A stretch of DNA of 64,000 bases from Hyphochytrium catenoides (Eukaryota; Protista; Hyphochytriomycota), in assembly GCA_900088475.1 (NCBI GenBank), contig FLMG01004535.1:103568-167567 (forward strand). Reading direction: 5' to 3'. Positions 51,257 through 63,870 of the stretch are shown one piece after another; position 1 is the stretch's first letter; the number at the start of each line of letters is the position of its first letter. The notes under the pieces are model-generated. The model had not been told where the DNA came from. It searched no databases and worked only from the letters and a program-made list of their open reading frames with translations. The translations under genes and the position numbers were made by a program.

Positions 51257-53615
51257 AATATAAGGAAGGTGTCTATGTCGATCTGTCAGTACGCGGAAAG
51301 TAGCTCTATTTTGAAAAGATAGTGGAACCGTATAGCGCACAAATGAACATTTGTCCTCTGGCGTCGCTAACGGGGAAACATAGTCTCACTCTTGTCCAGA
51401 AAGATCGGACACCTCCCTTTTAGGACAAGCGCGAAGCTCCAAAATGGTTATGTTTCGTGGATGGGCGGTCGCGAATTTTATCTGTTCCCTCCCTATCTCG
51501 TGACAGCCTGCTATCATCTGGGCTTACGCCATGGCCGAAGACCAGGACACGCAGCATTTGTGAGTGCGTTCCAAACATAACCCGGAAGGTCGAAGGGAAA
51601 CAGGCTCTTTAAGGGTCCAAGAAAGCACTTGGAGGGCAATCCTCGACGACACCTAGCGGTCAGTCGTGATTCATTCATTTGACTTCTTGAATGATCGATA
51701 GCTCCTTTGTAAGGGTTCCGTACAAGCCAAGAGGATAAGACCACGAAGCATTAGCGTCTCAAGTAGGAGAAGCTCTGCTGAGTCTTATAAAAGAGTCGGC
51801 TTGCCGCGAGTCACTTTTTTTTGCTCTCCGGACAAAGGTCAAAGCTTTAGAGATAGACCTTACATGAGTTTATCTCCCACGAAGTACGGTATAAAGGAGG
51901 AAAGGACAACAATAGGTGGTAGATCTGAGCTGTGAATAGCGAACTGCTGGCGAAATGGTGAAGGACTCTCACAATGCCCCAGCGGAATGGGAATCAAGGT
52001 TTCACGAAGCAGGCTGAGAAGGGAGTCTGCACCATCTTCTCTGATCAGTGAACCTCCAGCGGGCGTGAGGCGCGTGTCTTCTGGTGGAGATGGCGCTGCC
52101 CGGTTGACAGAGGAAGGAGATGACACTGACCAGAGAGCTGACAAAATTCTTGTGTGATGATCTAAAATTAGGAATTGGTGCAGACAGAGAGAAAGATAAA
52201 GAGGAGAAGAGAGGGAAAGAGACGGAGATTTCATAAAGGGAAAAGGTGTTCAAGGCGGAGAGATTGTGAGCAATGGGGAGAGAGAGAGAGAAAGAGTGAG
52301 CGAGAGAGAGAAAGGCGAGAGAGGGAGAGACGGAGAGAGTAAGGGAGGGAGAGTGAGAGGAAGAGAGAGCGAGAAAAAGAGAAAGCGAGGAGAGAGGCAG
52401 AGGAGGATGCTTGACTTGTACTCGTCTTCATCATTCATTGGGTCAATAGTCAAATTCAGCTCTATCTGCGATATCCTATTGGCTAACACTACCCAATCAG
52501 CAACCGACTGAGAAATACACATCTGTGATTGGAGGAGAAGGGCTGACCAGCGTGGACTAAGATACCAAGGCCGCTGAAGCAGCTCTGGGAGCTGCTGCTG
52601 TGAGTAGTCTGTATAAGGGGCTTTATAGGGAGGGAAATGGGGAGCATCGGAGGCAGGCAAAGAAGTTCAAAAAGAATGCACTTTCCCGCCCGACGCATCA
52701 GTCCTGTTAATACCTTCTGCCCTCTGCCCCTCTCATTTCTTTGAGGGGCCAGGTCGGAAGGGTGTGACGGTTGGAACCTCTTATCACTATGGTCGAAGGA
52801 CGGTGCTGACTTTCTCCAATGATGGAGTTATTTAGGACGGACGAGGAGCCGGCGTGCCCGTCAGCGATAACCTCATTGGCTGCCTGCTAGCTAGCTGTCC
52901 TTCTGATGTTCTTAGCCTATGATGTCCCTTATTCAACAGATGACCTTAGAAATGCACTCTCTCCAAGAGTGGAACCCGCCAACCAACCATAGCCAAAGGA
53001 CCTTCTACCTCTGCCTGTACGCATACCCATAGACTTCATGGTCCAGAAGCAGTAAGAAGAAAGGGTAGGAGTAGGGGGATAGGACTCGTGCGCAACAAGA
53101 AAAGGATCCATACTCAGAGCAATTCCACTAGGAATTCTTTATATAACTAGATAGAATAGAGGATGGCGAGTAGTGGTGAGTGGTGAGCGTCCCCGATCTG
53201 TTAAGAGGCAGATCTGAAGGTTATGTGGCTTACTACAGAAGGAAGTGAAGCAGAAGAGCTGCAGCTAAAGGCAGAGAGAGGTACACTCTTTGATGCATCG
53301 TCCAATACTGGTAAAGAAATGCGAGGGAGTAGGAGCACAACAAAGGCAGGCAGAGGGAAATGAGCAGAGAATGGCACTGTCAACGAGGAGCTGTTGATCA
53401 AAAGACGCTGCGTAGTCCGCGAGCAATCTTTGACGTTGCCAAAAAGTTGAAGGCCGGATCGGACCGAGTGCCTTACTGGTGAGCCGAGCGGCCCCACCCT
53501 CAGATAACAATTTTCTATCTCTTACAAAGTTTGGCATCACAGGCCGCGACACTCCTATCGCTGAGCCTATCCTAGACGACAACTGCTGGGAAGGATTCTA
53601 TCTTCTGTATCAGAA

Positions 53616-55787
53616 ATGGCCACTCCTACAGCCTCTTACCGAGGCCTGGAAGATGACTTTGAACAAAATGGGAAGCAGAAGAGTTATGGTGGAGTAGATG
53701 ATGCTGCTCAGCGTAATTATTGGAATGGTGGTGCAGAAGAAGGCCGCCCAAGTAAACATCTATGGTGGAGAACTGCAGTCGAAGGGCTGGAGGTGCAGAG
53801 CTTTATCCACAAAGTTTCTGCTCCGAGCTACTGGACGGAATTCTTGCGCAGGCGCTGGGCGGGTCTGGCTACTGTTGCTATCCTTAGTCTTGCTCTCCTT
53901 TTCTTAGGCATATTTGCGTTTCCTCCGCTGGGATGGAAAGGGTGGGTTACCTTCGCCATCGTGGTGATCACTCTTGGACTCTTGGTCGAGTCGGCTTTGC
54001 CAACGGAAGTTGTGCTCTTGCTCGCTGGTACAGCTTTCATGGCATTTTTCATCATTCCAGTGAACAAGGCCTTAGCTGGCTTCTCAAATGAGGGCATCGC
54101 CACTGTCACCGTCCTCTTTGTCGTGGCAGAAGGGATACAGCGTACCAACGTTCTTAACATCGTCTTCAGGTTCTTGCTAGGTCGTCCATCCACTCTGCGC
54201 GTTGCACTTCTGCGTATGGTAGTCCCTTGCGCGTTGATTTCCACATTCTTGAACAACACGCCCATTGTAGCGATGATGATCCCCGTCATCGTAAGATGGG
54301 CAGAGTACTCAAACTTTTCTCCGCAGCAGCTGTTGATACCAATGTCCTTGGCTGTCTCTTTGGGCGGTACAAACTCTTTGATCGGCACTTCGACAAATCT
54401 TGTGCTTCAGGGTCTGGCGGAGACGAACAAGCTGAAGGACCTCGATGGCAAACCCGTGTCAATCTCCATTTTCGACATCTCCAAAGCAGGGATCATCTAC
54501 TGCGCGGTGGGTCTGGCTTACCTACTGCTCTGCACGCCTTGGCTGCTTCGCGGAGAGAAAAAGAGTGCGGAGAAGGTAGATCTCGAAAAAGCGCTAGCAG
54601 TCGCTGGCAAACAGCGATTGAAACTCTACTCTATTATCCTTCGAGTTAGAAGGAGCTTCCCTAGCCTTGGGCGGGACTTGAGGGAAGCGGGCTTCTATAA
54701 TAACGCTCAACATCTTGAGGTTCAGCAGCTAACACGAGCTGACACTGACCAACCGCTCATCCAACCGCCGGCAGAGACAAAGGTCCAAAAAGGAGACGTG
54801 GTCATCGTCCGCGGTCCTCTGGATGCCATAATAGCTCTGTACAGACTGGACGGTCTCTCTGTAGCTACTCGAAGCAGCGAAGCCTTGGAAGTGAAGCGAC
54901 ACCGCCGCTCATTGTATGAAGTTGTGATCGGCCCCTCTTTCCTCGATCAGAACTCGACGTTTGGCGGCTCTGCCTGGGAGGCCTTCTACGATGGAGCTCT
55001 TGTCGGTGTGCAGACGGACGCTCGTGAGTTGGACCCTCTCCTTATTCATCAAGTACCCCTTACGACTGGCCAGACGGTTCTGGTGGAAGGGAAGGACGAC
55101 TTCATTAGAAATTATCGCCATGTCAACGACTTTTCTCTAATCTACCAACTGTACGACTCAGAAGCATACAGGACCGATCTCTTCCACATGCTGTTTGCCT
55201 CTGGAGTAACGCTAGCTGCAATAATCCTCGCAGCCCTGGAACTCGTATCTCTTTTTATCACTGCCTCTGTCGCGTCATTCCTGCTTATCGCGACAGGATG
55301 CATAACACTCCGGCAGGCGGCCCTCTCTATTGACCTACCAGTGGTCATAACCGTGGCGTCAACGTTTGCTCTTGCAGCTGCCATAGACGTAACAGGGGAT
55401 GCTGCAGCACTGGCAGATCAACTGATTGCTCTCTTTGAGCCCTGGGGAACAATTGGTCTTCTCTTTGGAATCTACTTAAGCACCGCCATCCTGACACAGC
55501 TCATCACGAATAATGGTGCAGCGGCGTTGATGTACCCCATCGCTCTCTCCACCAAGACCGGAGTGGCCATTAAGGAGAACTTGAACCCCTACGCTGTGAT
55601 CTTTATACTCATGCTCTCCGCATCAGCTTCCTTCTCGACACCATTTGGTTATCAGTGCAATATGATGGTCCACCGGCCAGGACAATACACTTTTATGGAC
55701 TGGGTACGGTATAGCTTAGGGTTACAGATTATCCTGGCGGTCCTGGCACCATTCCTCTGTGACTGGTTCTGGCCATCTCCAAGATAA
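53616..55787 (+). CDS. SLC13/CitMHS-type anion (sulfate) symporter with TrkA-C (RCK_C) domains, SLT/SAC1-like
   Basis: Intronless 723-aa ORF with ALAGFSNEG, STFLNNTPIVAMMIP, LGGTNSLIGTSTNLV, a soluble central region, ITNNGAAALMYP and SFSTPFGYQCNMMV. Confidence 0.92.
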   Translation: MATPTASYRGLEDDFEQNGKQKSYGGVDDAAQRNYWNGGAEEGRPSKHLWWRTAVEGLEVQSFIHKVSAPSYWTEFLRRRWAGLATVAILSLALLFLGIFAFPPLGWKGWVTFAIVVITLGLLVESALPTEVVLLLAGTAFMAFFIIPVNKALAGFSNEGIATVTVLFVVAEGIQRTNVLNIVFRFLLGRPSTLRVALLRMVVPCALISTFLNNTPIVAMMIPVIVRWAEYSNFSPQQLLIPMSLAVSLGGTNSLIGTSTNLVLQGLAETNKLKDLDGKPVSISIFDISKAGIIYCAVGLAYLLLCTPWLLRGEKKSAEKVDLEKALAVAGKQRLKLYSIILRVRRSFPSLGRDLREAGFYNNAQHLEVQQLTRADTDQPLIQPPAETKVQKGDVVIVRGPLDAIIALYRLDGLSVATRSSEALEVKRHRRSLYEVVIGPSFLDQNSTFGGSAWEAFYDGALVGVQTDARELDPLLIHQVPLTTGQTVLVEGKDDFIRNYRHVNDFSLIYQLYDSEAYRTDLFHMLFASGVTLAAIILAALELVSLFITASVASFLLIATGCITLRQAALSIDLPVVITVASTFALAAAIDVTGDAAALADQLIALFEPWGTIGLLFGIYLSTAILTQLITNNGAAALMYPIALSTKTGVAIKENLNPYAVIFILMLSASASFSTPFGYQCNMMVHRPGQYTFMDWVRYSLGLQIILAVLAPFLCDWFWPSPR

Positions 55788-58299
55788 ACCTATCGGGCAA
55801 CCTCCCCGGTTCTCTTCACATATAGTTAGATCTGCCTACGCGAAGCATATTGGTTGTAGGGTGCCTAGAACTTGCTGTCATTGTCATAAATCAATTGGCT
55901 GTACACCTGTCTCATTATCTCCTCCCTTTGGGTGATGGCAGACTGCCTCGAGTGCTTTGTCTTCATCATCACTGCCTCTCTTTGTCGTCTCTCAACAAAT
56001 TGTTGTCCTTGCCGCTGCCCACTTTGCCGCCTCCAACTTCATCTCCTAACGTCCTCGGGAATCTTCTTGCTGCCCGAGAGCTGCTTCTAGGGCCAGCGAC
56101 ATTATGAAGGCTGGCTTGGGCTTCTTCTCCTTCTCCACCGCCTAGACCTGGCTTGAACTGAACCCGTTTGGGAGAAGGCTGGTCTGACGGCGTTTTCTCC
56201 TGAAAGAGCTTATCAATGAAGACCCAGAGGAAGGACGAGGAGAAGGTAGATCGAGGACGACAGTGTTCAAAGTAATAGAAGAAAGAATCTTATCCTTCTT
56301 TGGGGTGGTTTCACTTATAATGCAACAAGAGGGCCTACCAAGCTCCGGCTGGGGGTGTAGTCGCAGCAGCAGCTGGCGATGTAGTAGGAGCAGGAGATAT
56401 TATAATCACTTAATACACAGTGACCCATCATCTGGTACGTACCTGCGAGTGCAGGGAAGGGACATGAATAGACAGGCAAACCGTGTACGACTAGAGATAT
56501 AAGCTGCTGAAGGCGCCAAGGTTGATTATCAAGAACGACATAACAAAGAAGGAATACAACGACGAAAAAAAGAGAAGAGAGGCGGAAGAAGAGAACAACA
56601 GGGAGACGAGGCGAGAGAAAGGAAAGTAACAAAGAAGGGGAGGCAGAGAGAGAGAAACAAAGAGCGAAGCCTTTATGTTTCGTCCATTATAAGGAGCGAG
56701 TACGCCCAACAGACGACCTCCCAAGAATCTCTTGGGCATCCGGAGAAACCGGTAATAGCCATATGCTGGGGAACGTCTTGCCATAATGGATGGCGATGGG
56801 AGAGGAAAAGCTGGGATGGACAATGGTGATGGTGCCGATCGTTTCTTTGCTTCCTTCGGAGCAAACGAGGTGAGATAGTCCATTATTATCATCCGACGAG
56901 GTGGAACGGATGCATGATGCTGCAAGAGACGTGAGGGAAAGGACTAGTGCTCCCTCCAGTAGCTGTGCTAATGGCCAGAGGAGAACTCCCCTGGTTACAA
57001 GCTGGGGACTATCTAAGGTCCTGGGTTAGTGGGGCCTCAACGGAGGAAAAGAGAACAGGAGGAGTACGACTGGCTGAAGGCGCCGCCGTAACTTGGTTGT
57101 TGGAAAAGGTGCATTCATTGTCCGCAAAACTTTGACTTCATCATTCTTGATTATCATCTACATGACGCGCGTTCTGCAGATCCCAGAAATTCTCTTCACA
57201 GTCTCGTCGTAGAACACCGCTGGTTTGATGTCTTCAAGCCGAGGGACTCCGGCACAGCTTTCCCTAGAGTCTGCATTATTGTCGCCAGGCGAGTACTACT
57301 TTATTACGTGTTGAGGCAACAGATTGATTGGTGGCGCTCTGATCTATACTGAGAGCACCAGAGTGAGAATAAAAAGAAACTAGTCATCGCAATACGCAGA
57401 AACGTTTCCTCGTATGTGGTGGAAAGTCTTCGAGCTTTGCCCTTTCAATAACCAAAGTCCTTGGTATGATATTTTTGTTTGACAGGGCGCTTGCACCTGT
57501 TCATCTCTGATGGCCACCCACAACTTCGTGAGCACTCATGAGCACTACAGAGATGACACCTCTGTCACTGCTGCAGGTCCGGTCGTTGTTGGCAATTCTC
57601 TCTCTTCGTTCCTGATGGGCCACCACACAAGCGCCGCTGGGCAGTACCTAATAAGAGTGCTTTTCGCTCATCACTACTCTATGTTCCCTGGTGGTGTTTG
57701 ACATCGTCGGGCGGGTCATCACCATGTGACCTCAAGCATCTACTTCACTGCCGTTGTCCAGCCATAGGATTGTTCATCATGCCATTGGAAGTAAGAGGGT
57801 GAGGGGTTTAGTTAAGTCTTCGATTCCGCAGTATGGAAGTGGCCTTTATAAGAACAGGACTTAGACTGATCGTAACGACGAGTTAATATCCCATCCTAGT
57901 AAGGACAGATTTACCTCCCTCAGAAATTAGATAAAGATGGAAAAAGGAGATAGAACTAGAGGCGACCAGCAGCAGCATCCTTCCTACGAAGTACAACTGG
58001 ATCCCGTCATTGGACCTGCCAGGCCACAGCACTAGTTCAGATGAAGGTAATCTTTATATTATAGCATTGCGAGTGGCTTCCTGTCCTATCTATCCGACGT
58101 AGCGCTTGGTCCTAGAGCTAATAAAGTCACATCCCGCCGTGCTTCAGCATATAGTGTCTCGTTTTGGATTCTTCTAGCTTACTACTACAGTGGCAGAGAG
58201 GGTATGCACTTATATATATGTAACAACGTTCCCTTCAGAAATAGTCTTCACTGGGCTGCTAGAAAGAAGACTGCCAAGAACAGAGCTCTCGTCATCGAC

Positions 58300-59280
58300 G
58301 GCACTTTTGCTGGCTGGCTGGTACCAACTCTGTTGGAACCTAGACTGGCTACTGGCCTGGCCCCTCGGCTGACACGTATTTCGGTGATCTTTACCGTCGG
58401 CAATTAATTACGCTGACATGTAAGACTGCCACCCCAGCCAACGCTTCTAGGATGAGCGCTAGGTTCTAGGCTATGGCTAAAAACCGTGAACGCAATCTTC
58501 CCTAGCACGCTGGCTCTTCTGGGTTACGGATAAGGATGCCACCACGTAGGCTAGCACCTTCTGGGCCGTTAGGTAGCCTGATGCCTAGCATGTCAATCAG
58601 CTAGTTAGGGCCCAGGCTGGTGCCAAAATAAGCGTCTCACGGTGCCTGGTGTGGCTTATAGGCCGACACGTAAGCTACTAGAAAGTAGGTGGACACTCTA
58701 AGAAGTTCGCTCTAATCCTAAGAAGGACACTAGCAGGCACGCATCAAGGCGGGACACGTAGGATGGCACCACGGCTGACAGCTAAGGATTGTTGCATAAA
58801 GACTGGCGTCAGGGTTGGCAGTAAGATGGCAATTCTTAGAGCAGGCATCAAGATTGGCACTACTGCTGCTGGCACCAATGGCTGGCATTTTGACGAACAT
58901 TTCACCACTTTCGTCGGTATCAGGGCTGGCACTAACGCGGGTAAGTTGACTGGCCGGCTACCTGGACTGGAAACTCGGCTGACCATCAGAGGGCCCCCAC
59001 CATGCTGGCAAGGGAGAGTTGTCATATAAGTAGCAAGATGGCCTTTGCTCGCACCTAACGCTGGACGCTGGCACTTATGCTAGCAAATACGCTGGTATAT
59101 GGGATAGTGGTTATGCGACGCTGGCCTGTACGCTGGCATCTACGCTGGTACATCATCGGGTGATGGTTCTCTAGGGTGGTGCCTCGGCTACCAGCTAGCC
59201 TGGCACTAAGATAAGCACCTGAAGCTCGTACCAAGACTGGTACCTAGGCTGTCACTTTCTTGAACCTGTGCGCTGGCATG
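58300..59280. repeat. Highly degenerate ~12-bp period repeat (GCTGGC/GCTGGCAC core on +)
   Basis: Recurrent gctggc/ctggca/ttggca cores at roughly 12-nt spacing. The short ORFs show a Gly (plus strand) or Pro (minus strand) every fourth residue. Boundaries are approximate. Confidence 0.5.
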
Positions 59281-62200
59281 GAATCCCCCATCTTCTGCCT
59301 CATTGTTCCCTACTTCTTGTTCTCCCCTGGTATTTATCTTTTATGCTCTTTGCTTTGTCTCCCGGCTTGTCTCTTGTCTAGACTTACTATTGGCTAGGAC
59401 AACCCTTCTATTCCCGCAGGCTTCCTCTTCTTCAGCTTACTCCATCTCTTCCTCCATTGTAGCTATTATCATCATTTATATAGCTTCACTACCTTCTATT
59501 CGCCTCCTTTGTTCTGCTCCCGTTCTATCTGGCTCCTCCCATCCTCCATCACTCTTCTTCTTCCTCCTCTCCTCTCTCTCCTCACACATACACCATATTC
59601 CTATACCCAACACTTCCTTTCTTCTTTCTTCACCGCTGTTCAGTTCCCCCATCCTTGCTCAAAGCATCTCCTACCTCTGCCTTGCTTCCAGCCGTCTCCT
59701 CTGCCTCTCTGTCCTTTGTGTTTCCTCCTAGACAATCTCTTCTTTATCTTCCTACTACACTTCCTGGACTCTTAACTTTAGTAACCCTTTTCTCTCTCCG
59801 GTCTGCCATGGGCACAATTTTGAGTAGTAGCCTCTTCTCGGAACGCTCTGTGTGGGCCTCCTTATCTGTTGCTCCCTTCCTTCAGCTTAACCTCCAACGT
59901 GTACTTAAGTCCACCACTACTCATCTATTGCAGTGGCTTTCTCTACAGCACTACTGTTTATATCTCGTGTCCAACATATAGCTTTTTTGAGCTATGTCGT
60001 ACTTTACTTCGGTCCCTCGCCACTCTTCTGAACTGGCCAAACTCTCTGTGTGTTTCACTTTTCAACTCTTCATCCTCGGTACTGATGATTCTGCTTTTGA
60101 CTAGCGTGAATCTGGTACATAAGAAGTGCGTGAGAAGAATTGTCTAGAACATGAGATCCAGAGTCTAAAGAACGGAATCATCAAACGGAGTGTTCACACA
60201 TATAGGGAACCTTTGCAAGCAGAAGAGCACGCAGAGACGTAAGGGAAGGAAAGAAGTAGCGAGTGGAGATAAAGGATCAGGAGATCATAGACAACGGTGG
60301 TCGACCGGCACGGCAGGAACAGCTGTTCCGGGATGAAAGGCTGATATAATGCCAACAACTGTCTCTTGATTGGTATAATATGTGTTTCGTGTTCGTAAGT
60401 ACCCATCGTCCCACGCTACTCCAGAGTATTAATGTCCACGGCACGTGTCGTGTCTCTTTTTCACACGCTCTTTCCGGAGGCAAAGGATCGACATGTTGTG
60501 AACACCTACTCTTCCTACTCTTCCTAGAAAACCGCTTCCTTTACATTGTACCCCCGTCCGTATACTTGTAAGTCTCTTCTTACATGCCAAGCCTCACGAC
60601 TGCCTTCTCCTGTTCTAGCGTAAGAGATTGGCCTCTAAGGGAAAAGCGGAAGTGGAAAGAATTGTGAGGTGGATCTCATCTGAGTCGCAGTCTGATGGCC
60701 TTGTTGCGTTTCGACAGCAAGAGCTAAGAGATTTCCTACTTAGCTTGTTAGGGCAATCCCATCGCAGGCAAGCAAGGTGGATGACGAGAAAAGAAACAGA
60801 GGAAGAACGAGCGCCGACAGAGTTCCGGCACAATCACGAAGAGAAGATTCGGGACGGCGGAAGGAAAATTTCCTCGCCAGAGAGAGGGAACAACAAAGGG
60901 AAAGTAATTGAAATCGGATCTACCACTTCATTCCTTTCCGTTGGCTTGGCACCAACTCATACCTTCTCTCTCGCTCTCCCGTGTTGGGCGAAATCTCAAG
61001 CGTAACTTAATGATACCAATGGGAGGAAAAACTGAGAGCTGGCGAGAAAAAGAGAGGGGGTGACCGAGGAGAAGCAGAAGTAGTGAAGTAGATGAAGGAC
61101 TCAGAGCGAGAGGCAAATGAATAGAGAAAACTAGAACGAGATAAGTATGGAATGGAAGACAGCCAACGGAAAAGAGCCAAAGAGCTACAAGGAGAACAGA
61201 AGAAGAGGGACAAGAGACACTCAGAAGCTCTTAGGGTTAGGCATTTCTCCTCTCTCCGCAACAGCCTTAAATAAAAAAACGTCTTCTCCTTATTCCATGT
61301 TTTGATGAGACACTTCTTGAGTCTTTTGAACGATACCACTCAGGAGACACATAGGTTTCCGCTCTTTCTCTTTCTCTCTGTTTATATTCTTCTCGCTCCG
61401 TCATGTGCTCCATGATGTGTTTCTCTCCGTTTCCGACAAGGTTCAAAAGAACAGTAGAATGCGAGTGAGAAAATTGATAATGGAGGCTCGTTTGCTATCT
61501 TTCGTCCCTCTCTCCCTCACTGACACTCTCTCTGTTCGCCCTTTTCTTCTCCCTTCTATGCTCTTTCTTTGCGATACAGCGACACCCCATTTGTTCCTGT
61601 TCCCTTCTCCCATCTTCTTGGTCCCATTTCCTTGACTCTTGGCACCGGGGAGGACCCAACAGAAAAGTGAAGAGAGAGGAAGAATGCAAGAGGAGATGAA
61701 GACTAAGAGTTGCAGGGGTAGACGAAGGCACTGAAGAGAGAAAGGTCTCTCATCCTTCCTCCATTACCCCGTTAAAGGCAGGGAGCATCTCCTTGCCTCG
61801 ACTCCCCCTTCTGCACCCCTACTACTACTTCTACTTTTGGTATGCATGGATAGAATAGAGGTAATAGAGGAATTGCGGAGAGAGCACTGGGAGATGGAAA
61901 ACAAGAGAGAGAGAGAGAGAATATGCGGAGAGGAAGAGACAGAAAAAGTGAGAACGGGAAAGACATATCAAGGGACATAGACTAGAGACAGAGAGAGACA
62001 GATAGTTAATCCAAAAAATGAGAAGTGGAGGAGGTAGCTACCTCAGGCAACATGCTTGACCTGAAAAGATAATTTGCCGAGGACGCAGCTAGCGTAAGTG
62101 TTATTCGTCTCCAAGCGGTTTGCCCTTGAATGGGTCAGAAGCTGCGAAGCAGAGTTCTCTCTTGGACTCGATGTTTAAAGGGGTAAGGAGCACTGTTCTT

Positions 62201-62393
62201 TTCGTAGATGGATATGGAATCGGAACGGCCAGTGTCTGCATATGGATCGGAAATTAACCATGACAGCACCGAAGGTTGGTCCCCGCTATAGAAGAACAGC
62301 GGAGATGAGCTGCCCTAGATAGGTCCAGTGGGCGGGATAGATATAGAGGTAGCCAACCGAAGATAGTTATAGACGCTCTAGGGCGTAGCACAA

Positions 62394-62413
62394 TAGGGTT
62401 AGGGTTAGGGTTA
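62394..62413 (+). repeat. Short interstitial telomeric tract
   Basis: tagggttagggttagggttag, in the same orientation as the terminal telomere. Confidence 0.85.
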
Positions 62414-63059
62414 GTAGAGAAGTTCACCAGTAGTGCCGGACAAAAAAGTAGGAACGAAGGACGACGTACTCCGATTAAAGCGCCATAAGCCTCTAAACGA
62501 GATTATCCTTCCTGGCCTGGAAGCCTTCGTGAGCCACTTCTGCTTCCCTGAATATTTCAAAGAGACCGAAGGCAGTAGGAGGAGGGCAGTTGGGTACTGG
62601 TTGAGCGTTAAGGAATTGGGCATACGGACGAACATGATAGAGAACTTTTGCTACGTCAAGTAGATAAGTGTTGGGGGTATGTGGCAGAGATAGGGATCAT
62701 ATTAGGTCTTTCAGGGTAGGTGTAACGACGAACGTGTTAGTGTTTTTGGTGAACATGTGAAAGAGGTTATATTGGGGATAGGCGGTAATGACAGAAATGA
62801 GAATAGGATGTTGGAGTGATTATATCGCAGTATACAGGTGCTTGGGAGTATAGGTGCTTGTGTTTCGGAGATAATTTCGGAGTATACAGGTGTTCGGGTC
62901 TAGACATTTAGATGTAGGATAAATGACTGTGTGAGAGTTTTTAGTGAATATGTCCAAAAGGTAAGTGATCCAAGTAGGTGGGGGGAGAGGATAAGGGCCG
63001 CAGGTGAAGGAAAGGCCAGCCGGGTAGGATAAGGGCAGGGAGTAGGGAGAGGACACTGT

Positions 63060-63865
63060 GTTAAGAAAAGGGCAGCGGGTTAGTAAAAGGGCAGCGAGAC
63101 GGAAAAGGGCAGCGAGACGGAAAAGGCCAGCGAAACGGAAAAGGGCAAGGGTTATTTAAGAGCAGCGGCATATGGAAAGGACAGCATGTTAGGGAAGGCA
63201 ATGGGTTAGGTCAAAGGGCAGCGCCTTAGGGATAGAACAGCGGGGTAGGGAAAGGGTAGCGGGTTAAGAAAGAGCAGCGGCTATAAAAAGGGCAGCGGGT
63301 TAGGCAAACGGCAGCGGTTGAGCAAAAGGACAACGGCTTATGGAAAGAGCAGCGGCTTAAGGAAAGGGCAGCGTTTGAGCGAAAGGGCAGCGAGTTAGGG
63401 ACAGGGCAGCGTTTTAGGGACAGGGCAGCGGGTTAGAGAAAAGGCAGCGTGTTAGGGAAAGGGCAGCGGGGGTTAGGAAGACGGCAACATGTCAAGTGAC
63501 GCGGAGCGGATTGGGAATAGGAAAGCAAATTAGGTTAAGGGCAACGGGCAATTGAAGCGAGGAAGGTTAGAACAAGGGCAGCTGGCTCAAACAAGGGCAG
63601 CGGGGACAAGGGCAGCTGGTTCAAACAAGGGCAGCGGGTCAGAGAAACGGCAGCGCATTACGTAGAGGGCGGCTGGTTAGTGAAAAAGCAGTGAAATAAC
63701 GAAAGGGCAGCGATTAGACAAGAAGCAGTTGGTGAGATAAAAGCATGAGGGTTACTTAATGGTAGCGACTTATAAAAATGGCAGAGGGTTAGACAAATAG
63801 CACCGGTTAAGATAGGGCAGCGTGTTAGCAAAATGGCAATGGTCACGAATATGGCAGCGCGTTGG
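63060..63865 (+). repeat. Subtelomeric degenerate satellite, ~19-20 bp unit (consensus approximately AAAGGGCAGCGGGTTAGGG)
   Basis: About 40 diverged tandem copies with a GGGCAGCG core, directly abutting the telomere. Confidence 0.9.
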
Positions 63866-63870
63866 TAGGG

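Noticed and set aside
51860-52698. Possible minus-strand spliced gene
   Set aside because: The exon-like pieces have no convincing start, consistent phase or recognisable domain.
55950-56925. Possible minus-strand spliced gene downstream of the SLC13 transporter
   Set aside because: Open segments exist, but splice junctions are ambiguous and no homology is recognisable.
56000-63000. Subtelomeric retrotransposon or helicase
   Set aside because: No RT, integrase, transposase or helicase motifs and no long ORF were seen.
63060-63865. Repeat array considered as CRISPR
   Set aside because: Eukaryotic context, degenerate tandem units with no unique spacers, and no cas genes.
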